A stretch of 64,000 nucleotides of DNA from an uncultured Gammaproteobacteria bacterium. Lineage in GTDB: Bacteria > Patescibacteriota > Microgenomatia > Daviesbacterales > UBA10151. Shown piece by piece: positions 39,162-48,616 of the stretch; the first letter of the stretch is position 1, and each line of letters opens with the position of its first letter. The notes under the pieces are model-generated. The model was given only the letters and a program-made list of their open reading frames with translations, had not been told where the DNA came from and ran no database searches. Location of the stretch: positions 759 to 64,758 of the forward strand of contig CAZYBP010000001.1 of NCBI GenBank assembly GCA_964645555.1, written 5' to 3'. A program made the translations under genes and the position numbers.

Positions 39162-41014
39162 TATTTGTCCATCCAAAGAGCCAATATTAAAAGGGCAAAA
39201 ATATTATTGTCATAACTTAAATTTGTATTAAAATAATTATCCAAATAAACTTTTAAATTCTGTTTTTCAAATATTTTGCCGACCATGCTAGAATTCATAA
39301 TTTTGTTTATAAGATAGTTTTTCAGCTTTCCTTTAAACCACTTATTTTGCGGAATATTGAAACCGTGTTTAGATCTATAAATTATTTCTTGGGGCAAAAG
39401 TTTTTTTCTGAGTGCAATTTCTTTAAGGATTTTCTTTTTTGTTATAAGATTGAATTTCTTATCCGAAGGCATAGCAGCTACTTTCTCCATTAAAGCATGA
39501 TCTAAAAAAGGTGACCGGAGCTCTAATCCGAATGCCATTGAGGCGCTGTCGGTTTTATATAGTAAATCATCCGGCAAGTAGGTATTGATGTCAAATTTCA
39601 ATGCGTTATCCAAAATATCCAGGTTTTTATCATAGAGTTTATGGAAAATTTCAAAAGTATCATTTTTATTTACCGTTTCTTTAAAAAAATTAGTATAAAG
39701 ACTGCTTTTTACTTTATTTGTAAAAAATGAATTATAATTTACATATCTTCTGTAAAATGAATCCTCCAAAGTCACCATAAATCTGGCCATTCTTTCGGTC
39801 TGTTTACTCTCATATAATAAATGAGCAGATTTGGCTGTTAGAAGCAGCGATTTTTTTATAAACTTTGGTAATTTGGAAAACAATTTGGATATACAGGCAA
39901 TTGTATACCTGTCATAGCCGGCAAAATTCTCATCTCCACCGTCTCCGGTTAAAGCTACTTTGACTTTGCTGCTTGCCAGTTTTGAAATTAGCATTGTCGG
40001 AAGTATAGAATTATCACTTATAGGTTCATCATAAATTTCCCCAATTTCATCTATATTAGTTATTAAGTCCTTATCAGTTACATTAAGTTGAGTGTGACTC
40101 GTTTTATAAAGCCTGGATACTAATTTAGCATAGCCACTTTCATCAAATCTCTTATCATTAAAACCTATGCTAAAAGTATTAATCCTTTGAGATGAAAATT
40201 TGGACATTAAACTAACGATAATACTGGAATCAAGTCCTCCGCTTAAAAGGACACCGACCGGGACATCGGAAATTAAATGTGATTTAACACATTTCTCCAA
40301 CTCATCGAATACAAGATCACACCATTGTCCATCTGATAAATTTAATTTTTTGCCAAAATTTAACGACCAATATCTATGTATAGATAATTTATTTTCTTTA
40401 TATAAAAAGAAGTGCCCTGATGGTAATTTATAAATATCCTCAAATCCGGTTTTGGGAGCAGGAACATATTGTAATGTCAAAAAATCATCAATTGCTACAT
40501 TATCTATATCAGGTTTAAAAGCAAGCAAAGACATAATTGCTTTGATTTCGGAAGCAAAAATAAATTTGCCACCATTTATATAGTACTTCAAAGGTTTTTG
40601 ACCTAATCTGTCTCTTGCCCCAAACAATAAATTATTTTTTCTATCAAAGATTACAAAACTAAACATACCGTTTAACTTTTCCAGACATTTCACTCCCCAC
40701 TCTTGATAAGAATACAGAATAACCTCTGTATCTGTTTGTGTTACAAAATGATATTTTTTTTCAAGTAATTTCTTAATTTCATTAAAATTATAAATTTCTC
40801 CATTGAATGTAATACAAAGTGTTTTGTCCTGATTGAACATGGGTTGATGTCCTTTGGAAGAAAGATCTATAATAGAAAGCCGCGTATTTCCTAGCGCCAC
40901 CCCGTCAAAATATTGTCCTCCATGGTCATCCGGACCACGATGGCTAATTGCTTCTATCGCTTTTTTAAGAGAAACTCTTTTTCTAAAACCTGCATAACCC
41001 ACTACTCCGCACAT
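39152..41014 (-). CDS. Asparagine synthetase B-like glutamine amidotransferase (AsnB/WbpS-type)
   Basis: MCGVVGY Cys2 class-II GATase start, SGGLDSS PP-loop, 620 aa. Confidence 0.85.
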   Translation of the reverse strand: MCGVVGYAGFRKRVSLKKAIEAISHRGPDDHGGQYFDGVALGNTRLSIIDLSSKGHQPMFNQDKTLCITFNGEIYNFNEIKKLLEKKYHFVTQTDTEVILYSYQEWGVKCLEKLNGMFSFVIFDRKNNLLFGARDRLGQKPLKYYINGGKFIFASEIKAIMSLLAFKPDIDNVAIDDFLTLQYVPAPKTGFEDIYKLPSGHFFLYKENKLSIHRYWSLNFGKKLNLSDGQWCDLVFDELEKCVKSHLISDVPVGVLLSGGLDSSIIVSLMSKFSSQRINTFSIGFNDKRFDESGYAKLVSRLYKTSHTQLNVTDKDLITNIDEIGEIYDEPISDNSILPTMLISKLASSKVKVALTGDGGDENFAGYDRYTIACISKLFSKLPKFIKKSLLLTAKSAHLLYESKQTERMARFMVTLEDSFYRRYVNYNSFFTNKVKSSLYTNFFKETVNKNDTFEIFHKLYDKNLDILDNALKFDINTYLPDDLLYKTDSASMAFGLELRSPFLDHALMEKVAAMPSDKKFNLITKKKILKEIALRKKLLPQEIIYRSKHGFNIPQNKWFKGKLKNYLINKIMNSSMVGKIFEKQNLKVYLDNYFNTNLSYDNNIFALLILALWMDKYHN

Positions 41015-41075
41015 ATTAATGAATCTCCCCTAACTTATGTCATGGTATCTTCTTGATTCTTGCCTCCGGCAGAAA

Positions 41076-41933
41076 TCAATAAAAATTAAATCTTCTTAAG
41101 AAATCAAAAATTAAAAATCTTAGCCATACAGGAACCAAACCAATACTTAACTCCTGTAAAAAATTATAAAGCTTATCAGATGGTGTCATGTTATATCCAA
41201 GTATTAAAACAGCATTAAGCCGGATAAGGACGGTATTTTTAAGCTGTAAGTCATTTCTGGTTATAGAAACAGACTGTTTATGTATTCGGAGTTTTAATAA
41301 CGGCTTATTTAAGTTCATAAATTTTCCAATTTTACCAACCCGGAAATATAGTTCATAATCCTGACTTACTCTGATCACCTCATTATAGAGCTCTTTTTTT
41401 AAGACTTCAGCCTGCCAGATCGTTGCAGGATGCGCAAAGGGACTATACCTGAATAAATGTTTTCTTATGCTAATATCGTCAATATTGTATTTTCTTATAT
41501 GTTTATATCTTAACTTCGAATCACAGATTTCTATAAAGGATCCGCTCACCACTACATCCGGATTATCCTGCATAAGTTTTACTTGAAGCTTAAATCTCTC
41601 CGGGTAAGACCAGTCATCACCATCCATACGGGCAATATACTCTCCTTTTGAAAGTCTAATTGCCTTATTGAGGCTTTTACTCACTCCTAAATTATTTTTA
41701 TTTCTCCTTAGAACTATTCTTTTATCCTTTTTTTTGAAGGACTTTAAAATTTCAAAGGTACCATCATTACTGTCATCATCAATAATTATGAATTCAAAGT
41801 TGGCGTATGTTTGGTTCAAAATACTTTCTATAGCACTACCAACATATTGTTTAACATTGTATACCGGCATTATTACTGAAACCAAAGGTTTCCTATGATA
41901 TAACAGACTCTTTTTTTTATGCTTTTTTCTCAT
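41076..41933 (-). CDS. Glycosyltransferase family 2
   Basis: VSVIMPVYNVKQYV...IIIDDDSNDGT. Confidence 0.75.
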   Translation of the reverse strand: MRKKHKKKSLLYHRKPLVSVIMPVYNVKQYVGSAIESILNQTYANFEFIIIDDDSNDGTFEILKSFKKKDKRIVLRRNKNNLGVSKSLNKAIRLSKGEYIARMDGDDWSYPERFKLQVKLMQDNPDVVVSGSFIEICDSKLRYKHIRKYNIDDISIRKHLFRYSPFAHPATIWQAEVLKKELYNEVIRVSQDYELYFRVGKIGKFMNLNKPLLKLRIHKQSVSITRNDLQLKNTVLIRLNAVLILGYNMTPSDKLYNFLQELSIGLVPVWLRFLIFDFLRRFNFY

Positions 41934-41950
41934 AATTGATAATTGTGTGA

Positions 41951-42730
41951 CTATGCGTTTTTACATAATAGTTTAAGAAACTCTTGCAAGTATTCTTCAG
42001 ATGTCTTTAGCTTTGGGTATAACTTCTTTATTTTCCTCACACTCATCTCATAAGTTTGTGTTTCAGCATCAGCAGAAATCCGGATTTTTTTCTTAAGAAA
42101 CTTTTGGATTCTTGCAAAATGGAAACTACCATCACCACCGATATTTAAAGTCTGATTTACTACAGACTTTTTTAAAAGTGTTTTTATAATTTGAGCTATA
42201 GCCTGGGTTGTGATAAGTTGTAACCGCGAGCTTAGAGTAATATAGAGAGGCTGATTTTGGATAATATCATAGATTGGACCCTTTCTAAGATTGGACCCTA
42301 AAATCATTGAACAACGCAGTATCAGGAATTTTTCTTTATATTTTTTTACGATAACCTCTGCCAAATGTTTATGAAAGCCGTAGGGAGAAAGATTTGTTGA
42401 AACAGTTGAGTCTCCTTCCTTAGTGTATTTTTTAGCCGTATGATTTTCATAAACATCAGATGAACTAACGTAGATAAAAAATTTAGATGGAAAATCAAAA
42501 ATACTGTTAATTACCGATACTGTTGAAGAAAAAAAATCATCACGGGGGTTTTGATTTGCCCAGTAGCGCCTACTGTTACCATTAGCATTTATCACTATAT
42601 CAAACTCTTTTTGTGTATTTTGGGCATAATTGTCTTTGGTAATTGAGGTAACTGAGTAAGTTGAACTTAAGTACTTAACTAAATCCGAACCTAACATACC
42701 GTTACCTCCGATGACTGCAATTTTTTTCAA
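41951..42730 (-). CDS. SDR-family NAD(P)-dependent sugar reductase/epimerase (RmlD-like size)
   Basis: IAVIGGNGMLGS N-terminal motif and an SPYGFHK (Y-x3-K) catalytic pair. 259 aa. Confidence 0.45.
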   Translation of the reverse strand: MKKIAVIGGNGMLGSDLVKYLSSTYSVTSITKDNYAQNTQKEFDIVINANGNSRRYWANQNPRDDFFSSTVSVINSIFDFPSKFFIYVSSSDVYENHTAKKYTKEGDSTVSTNLSPYGFHKHLAEVIVKKYKEKFLILRCSMILGSNLRKGPIYDIIQNQPLYITLSSRLQLITTQAIAQIIKTLLKKSVVNQTLNIGGDGSFHFARIQKFLKKKIRISADAETQTYEMSVRKIKKLYPKLKTSEEYLQEFLKLLCKNA

Positions 42731-42734
42731 GTGT

Positions 42735-43703
42735 TTAATATGTGATTGCTTTCTTATAATTTTTTGAAAACCATCTAACAGTTTCCTTTATCCCTTTTTC
42801 TATCGATGTTTTTGGCACCCAGCCCAAATGTTTTTTCATTTTGTCAATTCCAAAAATTTTATGCAAAGCTCCGTCAGCTTTAGAGGTGTTATAGACTAAA
42901 ATTCCTTTGTACCCGATTACTTTCTGGATTGTCTCAGCTAATTCTTTCACTGAGATACCTATTCCTGTCGCTATATTCATTGGCTCAATATCGTTGTATC
43001 TTTCTCCTGCACGCAATATTCCTTCAGCCCCATCTTTAACATATAACCAATCTCTTACCGGTTTACCCGTTCCCCATACTTCCACCTGGGGAATTCTATT
43101 TACTTTAGCCTCATATATCTTTTTTATTAATCCGGCAAGAGCTTTACTCTGCTCCGGGTTAAAATGCTCTCCCGGCCCAAACATATTGGCCATAATAAGA
43201 TGAATTGAATTAAAGTTATATTGTTTTTTTAATGCCAAACCGTACACAACTGAGGCCTTCCGTGAAAACCCGTAACTGAAAATGCTTTCATGAATTTGTC
43301 CATTCCAATAATCTTCCTCATTCATTTCACCCTCTTTCAAATATCCCGGATATGAGCATCCTGCCACAATATTAATAAATTTACCAACTCCTACTTTTTG
43401 TGCAACCTGCATAAGGTAAGACCCCATTAGTATATTATCCATAAATAATTCAGCTTGCCTGCCAACATGATAAGCAATCCCTCCCTGATTGGCGGCACAA
43501 TTAATAACAACATCTGGTTTTATTTTCTTAAAATATGACAGGCAAATCCCTTTTTTACGAAAATCTATTCCGTCTTTAGTTTTAGGAATAAATATTTTAC
43601 AAGGTACTTGTTTCAGGGAGTTGATGATATGAGAACCAAAAAAACCTCCTCCCCCGGTAATGACAATTTTTTTATGATCGTAAAACCCTCTATATTTTTT
43701 CAT
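42735..43703 (-). CDS. GDP-L-fucose synthase-like (GDP-4-keto-6-deoxymannose 3,5-epimerase/4-reductase family)
   Basis: The C-terminal half (WGTGKPVRDWLYVKDGAEG...TIQKVIGYKG...SKADG...GWVP) parallels E. coli Fcl blocks. Starts MKKYR with the shared 5' cassette. Confidence 0.55.
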   Translation of the reverse strand: MKKYRGFYDHKKIVITGGGGFFGSHIINSLKQVPCKIFIPKTKDGIDFRKKGICLSYFKKIKPDVVINCAANQGGIAYHVGRQAELFMDNILMGSYLMQVAQKVGVGKFINIVAGCSYPGYLKEGEMNEEDYWNGQIHESIFSYGFSRKASVVYGLALKKQYNFNSIHLIMANMFGPGEHFNPEQSKALAGLIKKIYEAKVNRIPQVEVWGTGKPVRDWLYVKDGAEGILRAGERYNDIEPMNIATGIGISVKELAETIQKVIGYKGILVYNTSKADGALHKIFGIDKMKKHLGWVPKTSIEKGIKETVRWFSKNYKKAITY

Positions 43704-43727
43704 AAAAATTCAAGGTCCTTCTTCTAC
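43688..43727 (-). promoter_or_regulatory. Single copy of the same start-region cassette upstream of the GDP-fucose-synthase-like gene
   Basis: 43691-43727 (tatattttttcataaaaattcaaggtccttcttctac) is identical to 33199-33235 over about 27 nt (ctctatattttttcataaaaattcaag) plus the ttcttcta tail. Both genes therefore begin MKKYR after the same 5' context. Confidence 0.4.
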
Positions 43728-43761
43728 CCCATTATGCACTTAATTTTACTACAAAATATTT

Positions 43762-43790
43762 TTGATACAAGTGAAGATTTTAAATTAATA
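43762..43790 (+). promoter_or_regulatory. Candidate sigma70-type promoter for the GT2 operon starting at 43821
   Basis: TTGATA at 43762-43767, a 17-nt spacer, then TTAATA at 43785-43790, about 30 nt upstream of the ATG. Only a sequence-pattern match. Confidence 0.3.
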
Positions 43791-43820
43791 TATGTTAGAA
43801 TTAATCTTTAACAAAAGCCT

Positions 43821-44525
43821 ATGATTAAATTGGCGCCATCAATTAGTATAATAATACCCACCTATAATGAAGCAAGTAATATCGCCAAGATACTAAAGCG
43901 GACGAAAAAATTAGCTGATATTTACTCAATAGAAATTATAGTAGTTGACGGAGGCTCGAAAGACGGAACACCCGATATAGCAAAAAAAATAGGAGTCAAT
44001 AAACTAATTAAGCTTAAGCAAAGACGGGGAAAAGGAATTGATTTTTGGGAAGGAGTACAAGCTGCAAAAGGCGATTATGTAATCCAAATAGATGCTGATA
44101 TGCAATTTGATCCCCAGCAAATACCTTTATTTATAAAAGCATTTAATAAAGGAGCAGACGTAGTAATAGCCAGGAGGGAAAATTATAAAGAATCTCCTTT
44201 TTGGAGAACGATAGGAAATAAATCACTGTCACTTCTTACATCAATAGTTATAATGTATCGAATTCATGATGTTTTGGCAGGCTTTAAAGGGGCAAGGAGA
44301 GAAGTTATGCTTTCCTTAAAGCTAGAAGAGAAAGGTTTTATGTACGAGTCTGAGCTGGTTATTAAAACAATTAGAATGGGCTATAAATTAGCTCAAATTC
44401 CTGTCCGGTATCATAGGAGGGTGCACGAGAATTCAAAAGTTAATTTAATAAAAGACGGATTAGGATATCTCCGGTCAATCCTTTACTTTGGATTTATTAT
44501 TCCACCGCCACCCAAGCTATCTTAA
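43821..44525 (+). CDS. Glycosyltransferase family 2 (DPM1-like)
   Basis: ISIIIPTYNEASNI...VVDGGSKDGT. Confidence 0.75.
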   Translation: MIKLAPSISIIIPTYNEASNIAKILKRTKKLADIYSIEIIVVDGGSKDGTPDIAKKIGVNKLIKLKQRRGKGIDFWEGVQAAKGDYVIQIDADMQFDPQQIPLFIKAFNKGADVVIARRENYKESPFWRTIGNKSLSLLTSIVIMYRIHDVLAGFKGARREVMLSLKLEEKGFMYESELVIKTIRMGYKLAQIPVRYHRRVHENSKVNLIKDGLGYLRSILYFGFIIPPPPKLS

Positions 44526-44528
44526 ACT

Positions 44529-45242
44529 ATGACAAACATCAAACAAGGTCTTTCTCTTATCATCCCGGTCTTCAATGAGGAAAAAACAATAGAGTTAATA
44601 ATTAAAAGGTGTCACAGTCTACCTCTCGCAAAACAATTAATTGTCGTAAATGACGGATCAAAAGACAAAACTAAATCAGTTTTAGGTAAAATAAGCAAAA
44701 AGTATCCGTCAGTTACCATAATCCACCATCAAACAAATCTTGGTAAAGGAATGGCCATAAAAACAGGACTCAGTCAGGCATTGGGTAAATATGTTTTGGT
44801 TCAGGATGCAGATTTAGAATATTACCCGGAAGAAATTGTTAGATTATATGAAAAAGCCGAAGGAGCGTCGGATGGTATTGTTTTTGGCAATAGATCCGCC
44901 AATAAACAAAAGGGTTATATTCTAGCCCAACTTGGAAATTGGTATTTAAATTTACTCTTTTTTTCGCTTTTTGGATTGCAGTTGCAGGATAGTTATACAT
45001 GTTATAAATTAATACCTAGAAAAATCTGGCAGAGAATCAATTTACAAAGTAATGGCTTTGAAATTGATGCTGAACTGGTTTCTAAGCTCGGTAGAGAAGG
45101 TTATAAAATAATAGAGGTTCCCATCTCCTACCATCCTAGAAAATATTCAGAAGGCAAAAAGATAAATTGGATTGATGTAATTTGGGCAACAAAAGTTGCC
45201 TTTAAAATACGGTTTTTCACCAAGAAGGATTTGTATGAATAG
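44529..45242 (+). CDS. Glycosyltransferase family 2 (DPM1-like)
   Basis: LSLIIPVFNEEKTI...VVNDGSKDKT. Paralogous to the gene at 1..717. Confidence 0.75.
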   Translation: MTNIKQGLSLIIPVFNEEKTIELIIKRCHSLPLAKQLIVVNDGSKDKTKSVLGKISKKYPSVTIIHHQTNLGKGMAIKTGLSQALGKYVLVQDADLEYYPEEIVRLYEKAEGASDGIVFGNRSANKQKGYILAQLGNWYLNLLFFSLFGLQLQDSYTCYKLIPRKIWQRINLQSNGFEIDAELVSKLGREGYKIIEVPISYHPRKYSEGKKINWIDVIWATKVAFKIRFFTKKDLYE

Positions 45243-46380
45243 TTACAGTAAATACACAAAAGGCTTTATCAAATCATATAATGACCCCAATCTGAAAGTA
45301 TTGGAACTAGAAGAAGGAAAAGATGATTTCATAAAATTTTTTAAAAAACTTCATAAAAAATCCAAACGCAAAACAAGAATTGCCCTAATATCAATTAATT
45401 CATTATGGAAACTGATAATTTATATCGCCAGAGTATTAAAGTTAACAACTCTCAAAGTTTCTTATACCTGGATTTCACTCAATCAACTAGAACATATCGC
45501 TACTATTTCTAACTTTAAAGTTTTAGAAAGGGGTTATCGGGTAATCATGCCTAAAGATATACCTCTTGTATCAAACTTCATAAACAAATTATCTGTAAAC
45601 CTTCCCATTTTAAGAAGACTCGGTCTTATTCAATATATAATACTTACTCCTGATAAAATTACTAAACCTTCTCCTTTATCCTGCTCCATTATAGTACCGT
45701 GCTTTAATGAGGAAGATAATGTTGAAAATTGTATAAAAAGATGTCCCAAGATCGGCAAAGGAACAGAAATTATAATTGTTGATGACGGATCAACAGATAA
45801 CACATTAGAAAAGGCCAAAAAAATGGCCAAAAAAAATCCCTTTGTCAAAATCATTTCCTATAAACCAAACCGTGGTAAAGCTTATGCAGTAGAAAAAGGA
45901 TTCAATGCAGCAAAGGGAGAAATCATTATGATTTGGGACGCTGATCGAACAGTACCGGAATCGGAATTACATTTATTTTATGACGTATTAGCCGGAAACA
46001 AAGCAGATTTTGCAAACGGCACAAGACTGATTTATCCGATGGAAAATCAGGCTATGAAATGGTTAAATTTATTTGGTAATAAGATTTGCGGTACGGTATT
46101 TAGTTGGATACTTAGTACACCTATCTCCGATACCTTATGCGGGACAAAAGCTTTGTTTAAAAAAGACTACAAAAAAATCAAAATGGGTAATGAACCGTGG
46201 GGGGATTTTGATCTTTTATTCGGAGCTTCTAAACTAAACCTGAGAATACTTGAAATACCAGTACATTACCGCAAAAGAGTTGCCGGGGAATCTAAAATGA
46301 AAATATTCAAACACGGCCTGGTTTTATCTAAGATGGCTATTATCGGAACGTTAAGATTAAAATTCAATTATAAAAACTAG
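45235..46380 (+). CDS. Glycosyltransferase family 2 with about 150-aa N-terminal extension of unknown function
   Basis: The GT2 core starts at CSIIVPCFNEEDNV...IIVDDGSTDNT. The ATG at 45235 overlaps the upstream stop (ATGAATAG). Confidence 0.65.
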   Translation: MNSYSKYTKGFIKSYNDPNLKVLELEEGKDDFIKFFKKLHKKSKRKTRIALISINSLWKLIIYIARVLKLTTLKVSYTWISLNQLEHIATISNFKVLERGYRVIMPKDIPLVSNFINKLSVNLPILRRLGLIQYIILTPDKITKPSPLSCSIIVPCFNEEDNVENCIKRCPKIGKGTEIIIVDDGSTDNTLEKAKKMAKKNPFVKIISYKPNRGKAYAVEKGFNAAKGEIIMIWDADRTVPESELHLFYDVLAGNKADFANGTRLIYPMENQAMKWLNLFGNKICGTVFSWILSTPISDTLCGTKALFKKDYKKIKMGNEPWGDFDLLFGASKLNLRILEIPVHYRKRVAGESKMKIFKHGLVLSKMAIIGTLRLKFNYKN

Positions 46381-47633
46381 ATAATTTTAGGTTCAGGGAT
46401 GGGAATAATAAATTTACCTCCCCCCTCTCTAAACCACTTTTCTTTCTCCATAATATTTTGTGCATAATTCCATGCTGTAATTACAATATAGTCCGGTGTA
46501 TTACTTTTTAAAATTTCCGGTTTGACAATCAGGATATGATTACCCGGCGTAAACTTTCCTTGCTTGGAAGGGGCACTATCAGTTATATAATCAATCACCT
46601 TAGGACCAATATTGCAATATTGTAGTAAAGTCGTTGCTTTTGCCGATGCTCCATACGCTGCAATTTTTTTACCTTTTTTCTTTAACTCCCCAAGCATCTC
46701 GGTTAATTTCTTTTTTACAAGCGGAGGCCTTTGGGCAAATTTTCTATATGTTGACAATTGATCAAGACCTAATTTTTTTTCGTTTTTCAAAAACTTACTA
46801 ACAGCTTTACCTACTGGTAATGGGGCAAGTGCGTGGGATGCAAAAACCATAATCCCCCCTCCATGAGTATCAGTATGAATAATATCAATTATTTTCATTG
46901 AATGCATATTTAATAAATAGGCTAACGGCCTAACTGCATAAAAACAAATATGTTCATGATAGGTATTATCAAATTCATTATGTGTTAATAAATCTGCCAA
47001 ATACTGTACTTCAAAAACAAAAATACCCTTATCATCCAATAAATCTTTTACACCTTCGAAAATATCATGTAAAACATCCGTATGGGCGAGGGTATTATTT
47101 GATGTAATAATTCCAGCCTTACCGTATTTCTTTATAAGATTTGGTACTTTATCTTTACCAAAAAAATCGGCAATAGTTTCGATACCTTCCTTATTTGCAA
47201 TTTTGGCGATATTTTTTGCCGGGTCTATTCCTAAAACTCTGGCTCCTAATCTTTTAAACGGCTTGAGTAAAACCCCGTCATTGCTTCCTATATCAACAAC
47301 GAGTTTCCTTGATTGATCCGGAAAGCGGCTGAAAACTTCTTTGGCATATTCCTCAAAGTGTTTGACAAGCATCGGTGAGGTTGAAGAAAAATAGGCATAA
47401 TTACTAAAAATGACCGACCTGTCTACTATATGTAAAAGCTGGGCTAACTTACAGTTTCTGCAAAAATAAACTTCAAGAGGGGCTTTAAATTCTTTTTGTC
47501 TAAGTTGCTTTCCAGTCAGATAAGAATTAGCCGGAGCTGCTTTGCCAAGCGATAAATAACAAGTTAATTTCTTCTCTCCGCAGATAAGACACACATTACT
47601 TTTTTTGTATATTTTTTTTATAGATAAAGTCAT
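46377..47633 (-). CDS. NDP-hexose C-methyltransferase (TylCIII/NovU/EvaC family)
   Basis: N-terminal C-x2-C...C-x2-C zinc ribbon, the DIGSNDG motif, about 418 aa with a C-terminal domain, as in sugar C3/C5-methyltransferases. Confidence 0.75.
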   Translation of the reverse strand: MTLSIKKIYKKSNVCLICGEKKLTCYLSLGKAAPANSYLTGKQLRQKEFKAPLEVYFCRNCKLAQLLHIVDRSVIFSNYAYFSSTSPMLVKHFEEYAKEVFSRFPDQSRKLVVDIGSNDGVLLKPFKRLGARVLGIDPAKNIAKIANKEGIETIADFFGKDKVPNLIKKYGKAGIITSNNTLAHTDVLHDIFEGVKDLLDDKGIFVFEVQYLADLLTHNEFDNTYHEHICFYAVRPLAYLLNMHSMKIIDIIHTDTHGGGIMVFASHALAPLPVGKAVSKFLKNEKKLGLDQLSTYRKFAQRPPLVKKKLTEMLGELKKKGKKIAAYGASAKATTLLQYCNIGPKVIDYITDSAPSKQGKFTPGNHILIVKPEILKSNTPDYIVITAWNYAQNIMEKEKWFREGGGKFIIPIPEPKII

Positions 47634-47637
47634 AGTG

Positions 47638-48615
47638 TCAAAACCTTATTGGAGTCTTTTTAATTATAGACTGCTGGGCTAAATCAAGTATTTTACTCAC
47701 CAGTAATGCCTGATTTATATCCGTTTGGTCTTTTTCTCCTTTAATAACTTGAAGAAAGTTTAGTACTTCCGCCCCTAAAGGTAAATCATCGCTGTATGCA
47801 GGGTAACTTATTTTAGGTTCTTTTTGTCTAAATTCACCCTTTAAAAACTCAGGCCCCATATCTTTGAAGTAGGTTAACTTTTTTTCTGCTAAATTATTAT
47901 AGATTATTGTATCCTTCGTACCTACCACAACCAATTCCCTTTTTTTTACAGCAGATAACCAACTCACTTTAATAAATGCAACTGTTCCGTTTGGAAAAAC
48001 CAAGCGGATAAAAGCCATATCATATAATTTACTGTTTGGATACAAACTGCTTACGGCCCAAGCTGTTACTTCCTCAGGTTTTAGTTTTAAGATTTTTAAT
48101 ATCATTGAAACTCCGTGAGGTCCCCATTCCCAGATAACAGACATATCAGAGCGGAACACTCCATTATTTAATCCTTCAAAGCTTATGTAGCGGATCTCAC
48201 CAATGCTGTTAGTGTATTCCTGCAGTTTAATAAAGGGGGGATTATATAAATCTATATATCCTACTAGTACAGCAGGCTTTTTCTTCAGATTGTCATAAAT
48301 ATCTTTTAACTTTAGAGCTTCTTGATAATTTACAGTAAGCGGTTTCTCTACCAGCAGGTTGAAACCATTTTTAAGTAACTCGGATGAAATCTTAAAATGG
48401 GTAGAGCCGGGAGTTGCTATAATCACACCATCGATATCGCTGTATTTAAATAAGCTTTTGTAATTTGTTAGTTTAATATAATCACTGTCAAATGAGTTAA
48501 GTGTCTTTATGCTTGTCGCACAAATATACTTTAGTTTGCAACCCGGAAGAGACTTTATTGTATTTACGTAATTTCTTCCCCACTGACCTGCACCTATCAA
48601 AGCAAGTATCTTCAT
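47638..48615 (-). CDS. Gfo/Idh/MocA-family NAD(P)-dependent oxidoreductase
   Basis: MKILALIGAGQWGRNY N-terminal Rossmann. 325 aa, sits in a sugar-modification operon. Confidence 0.6.
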   Translation of the reverse strand: MKILALIGAGQWGRNYVNTIKSLPGCKLKYICATSIKTLNSFDSDYIKLTNYKSLFKYSDIDGVIIATPGSTHFKISSELLKNGFNLLVEKPLTVNYQEALKLKDIYDNLKKKPAVLVGYIDLYNPPFIKLQEYTNSIGEIRYISFEGLNNGVFRSDMSVIWEWGPHGVSMILKILKLKPEEVTAWAVSSLYPNSKLYDMAFIRLVFPNGTVAFIKVSWLSAVKKRELVVVGTKDTIIYNNLAEKKLTYFKDMGPEFLKGEFRQKEPKISYPAYSDDLPLGAEVLNFLQVIKGEKDQTDINQALLVSKILDLAQQSIIKKTPIRF

Positions 48616-48616
48616 T

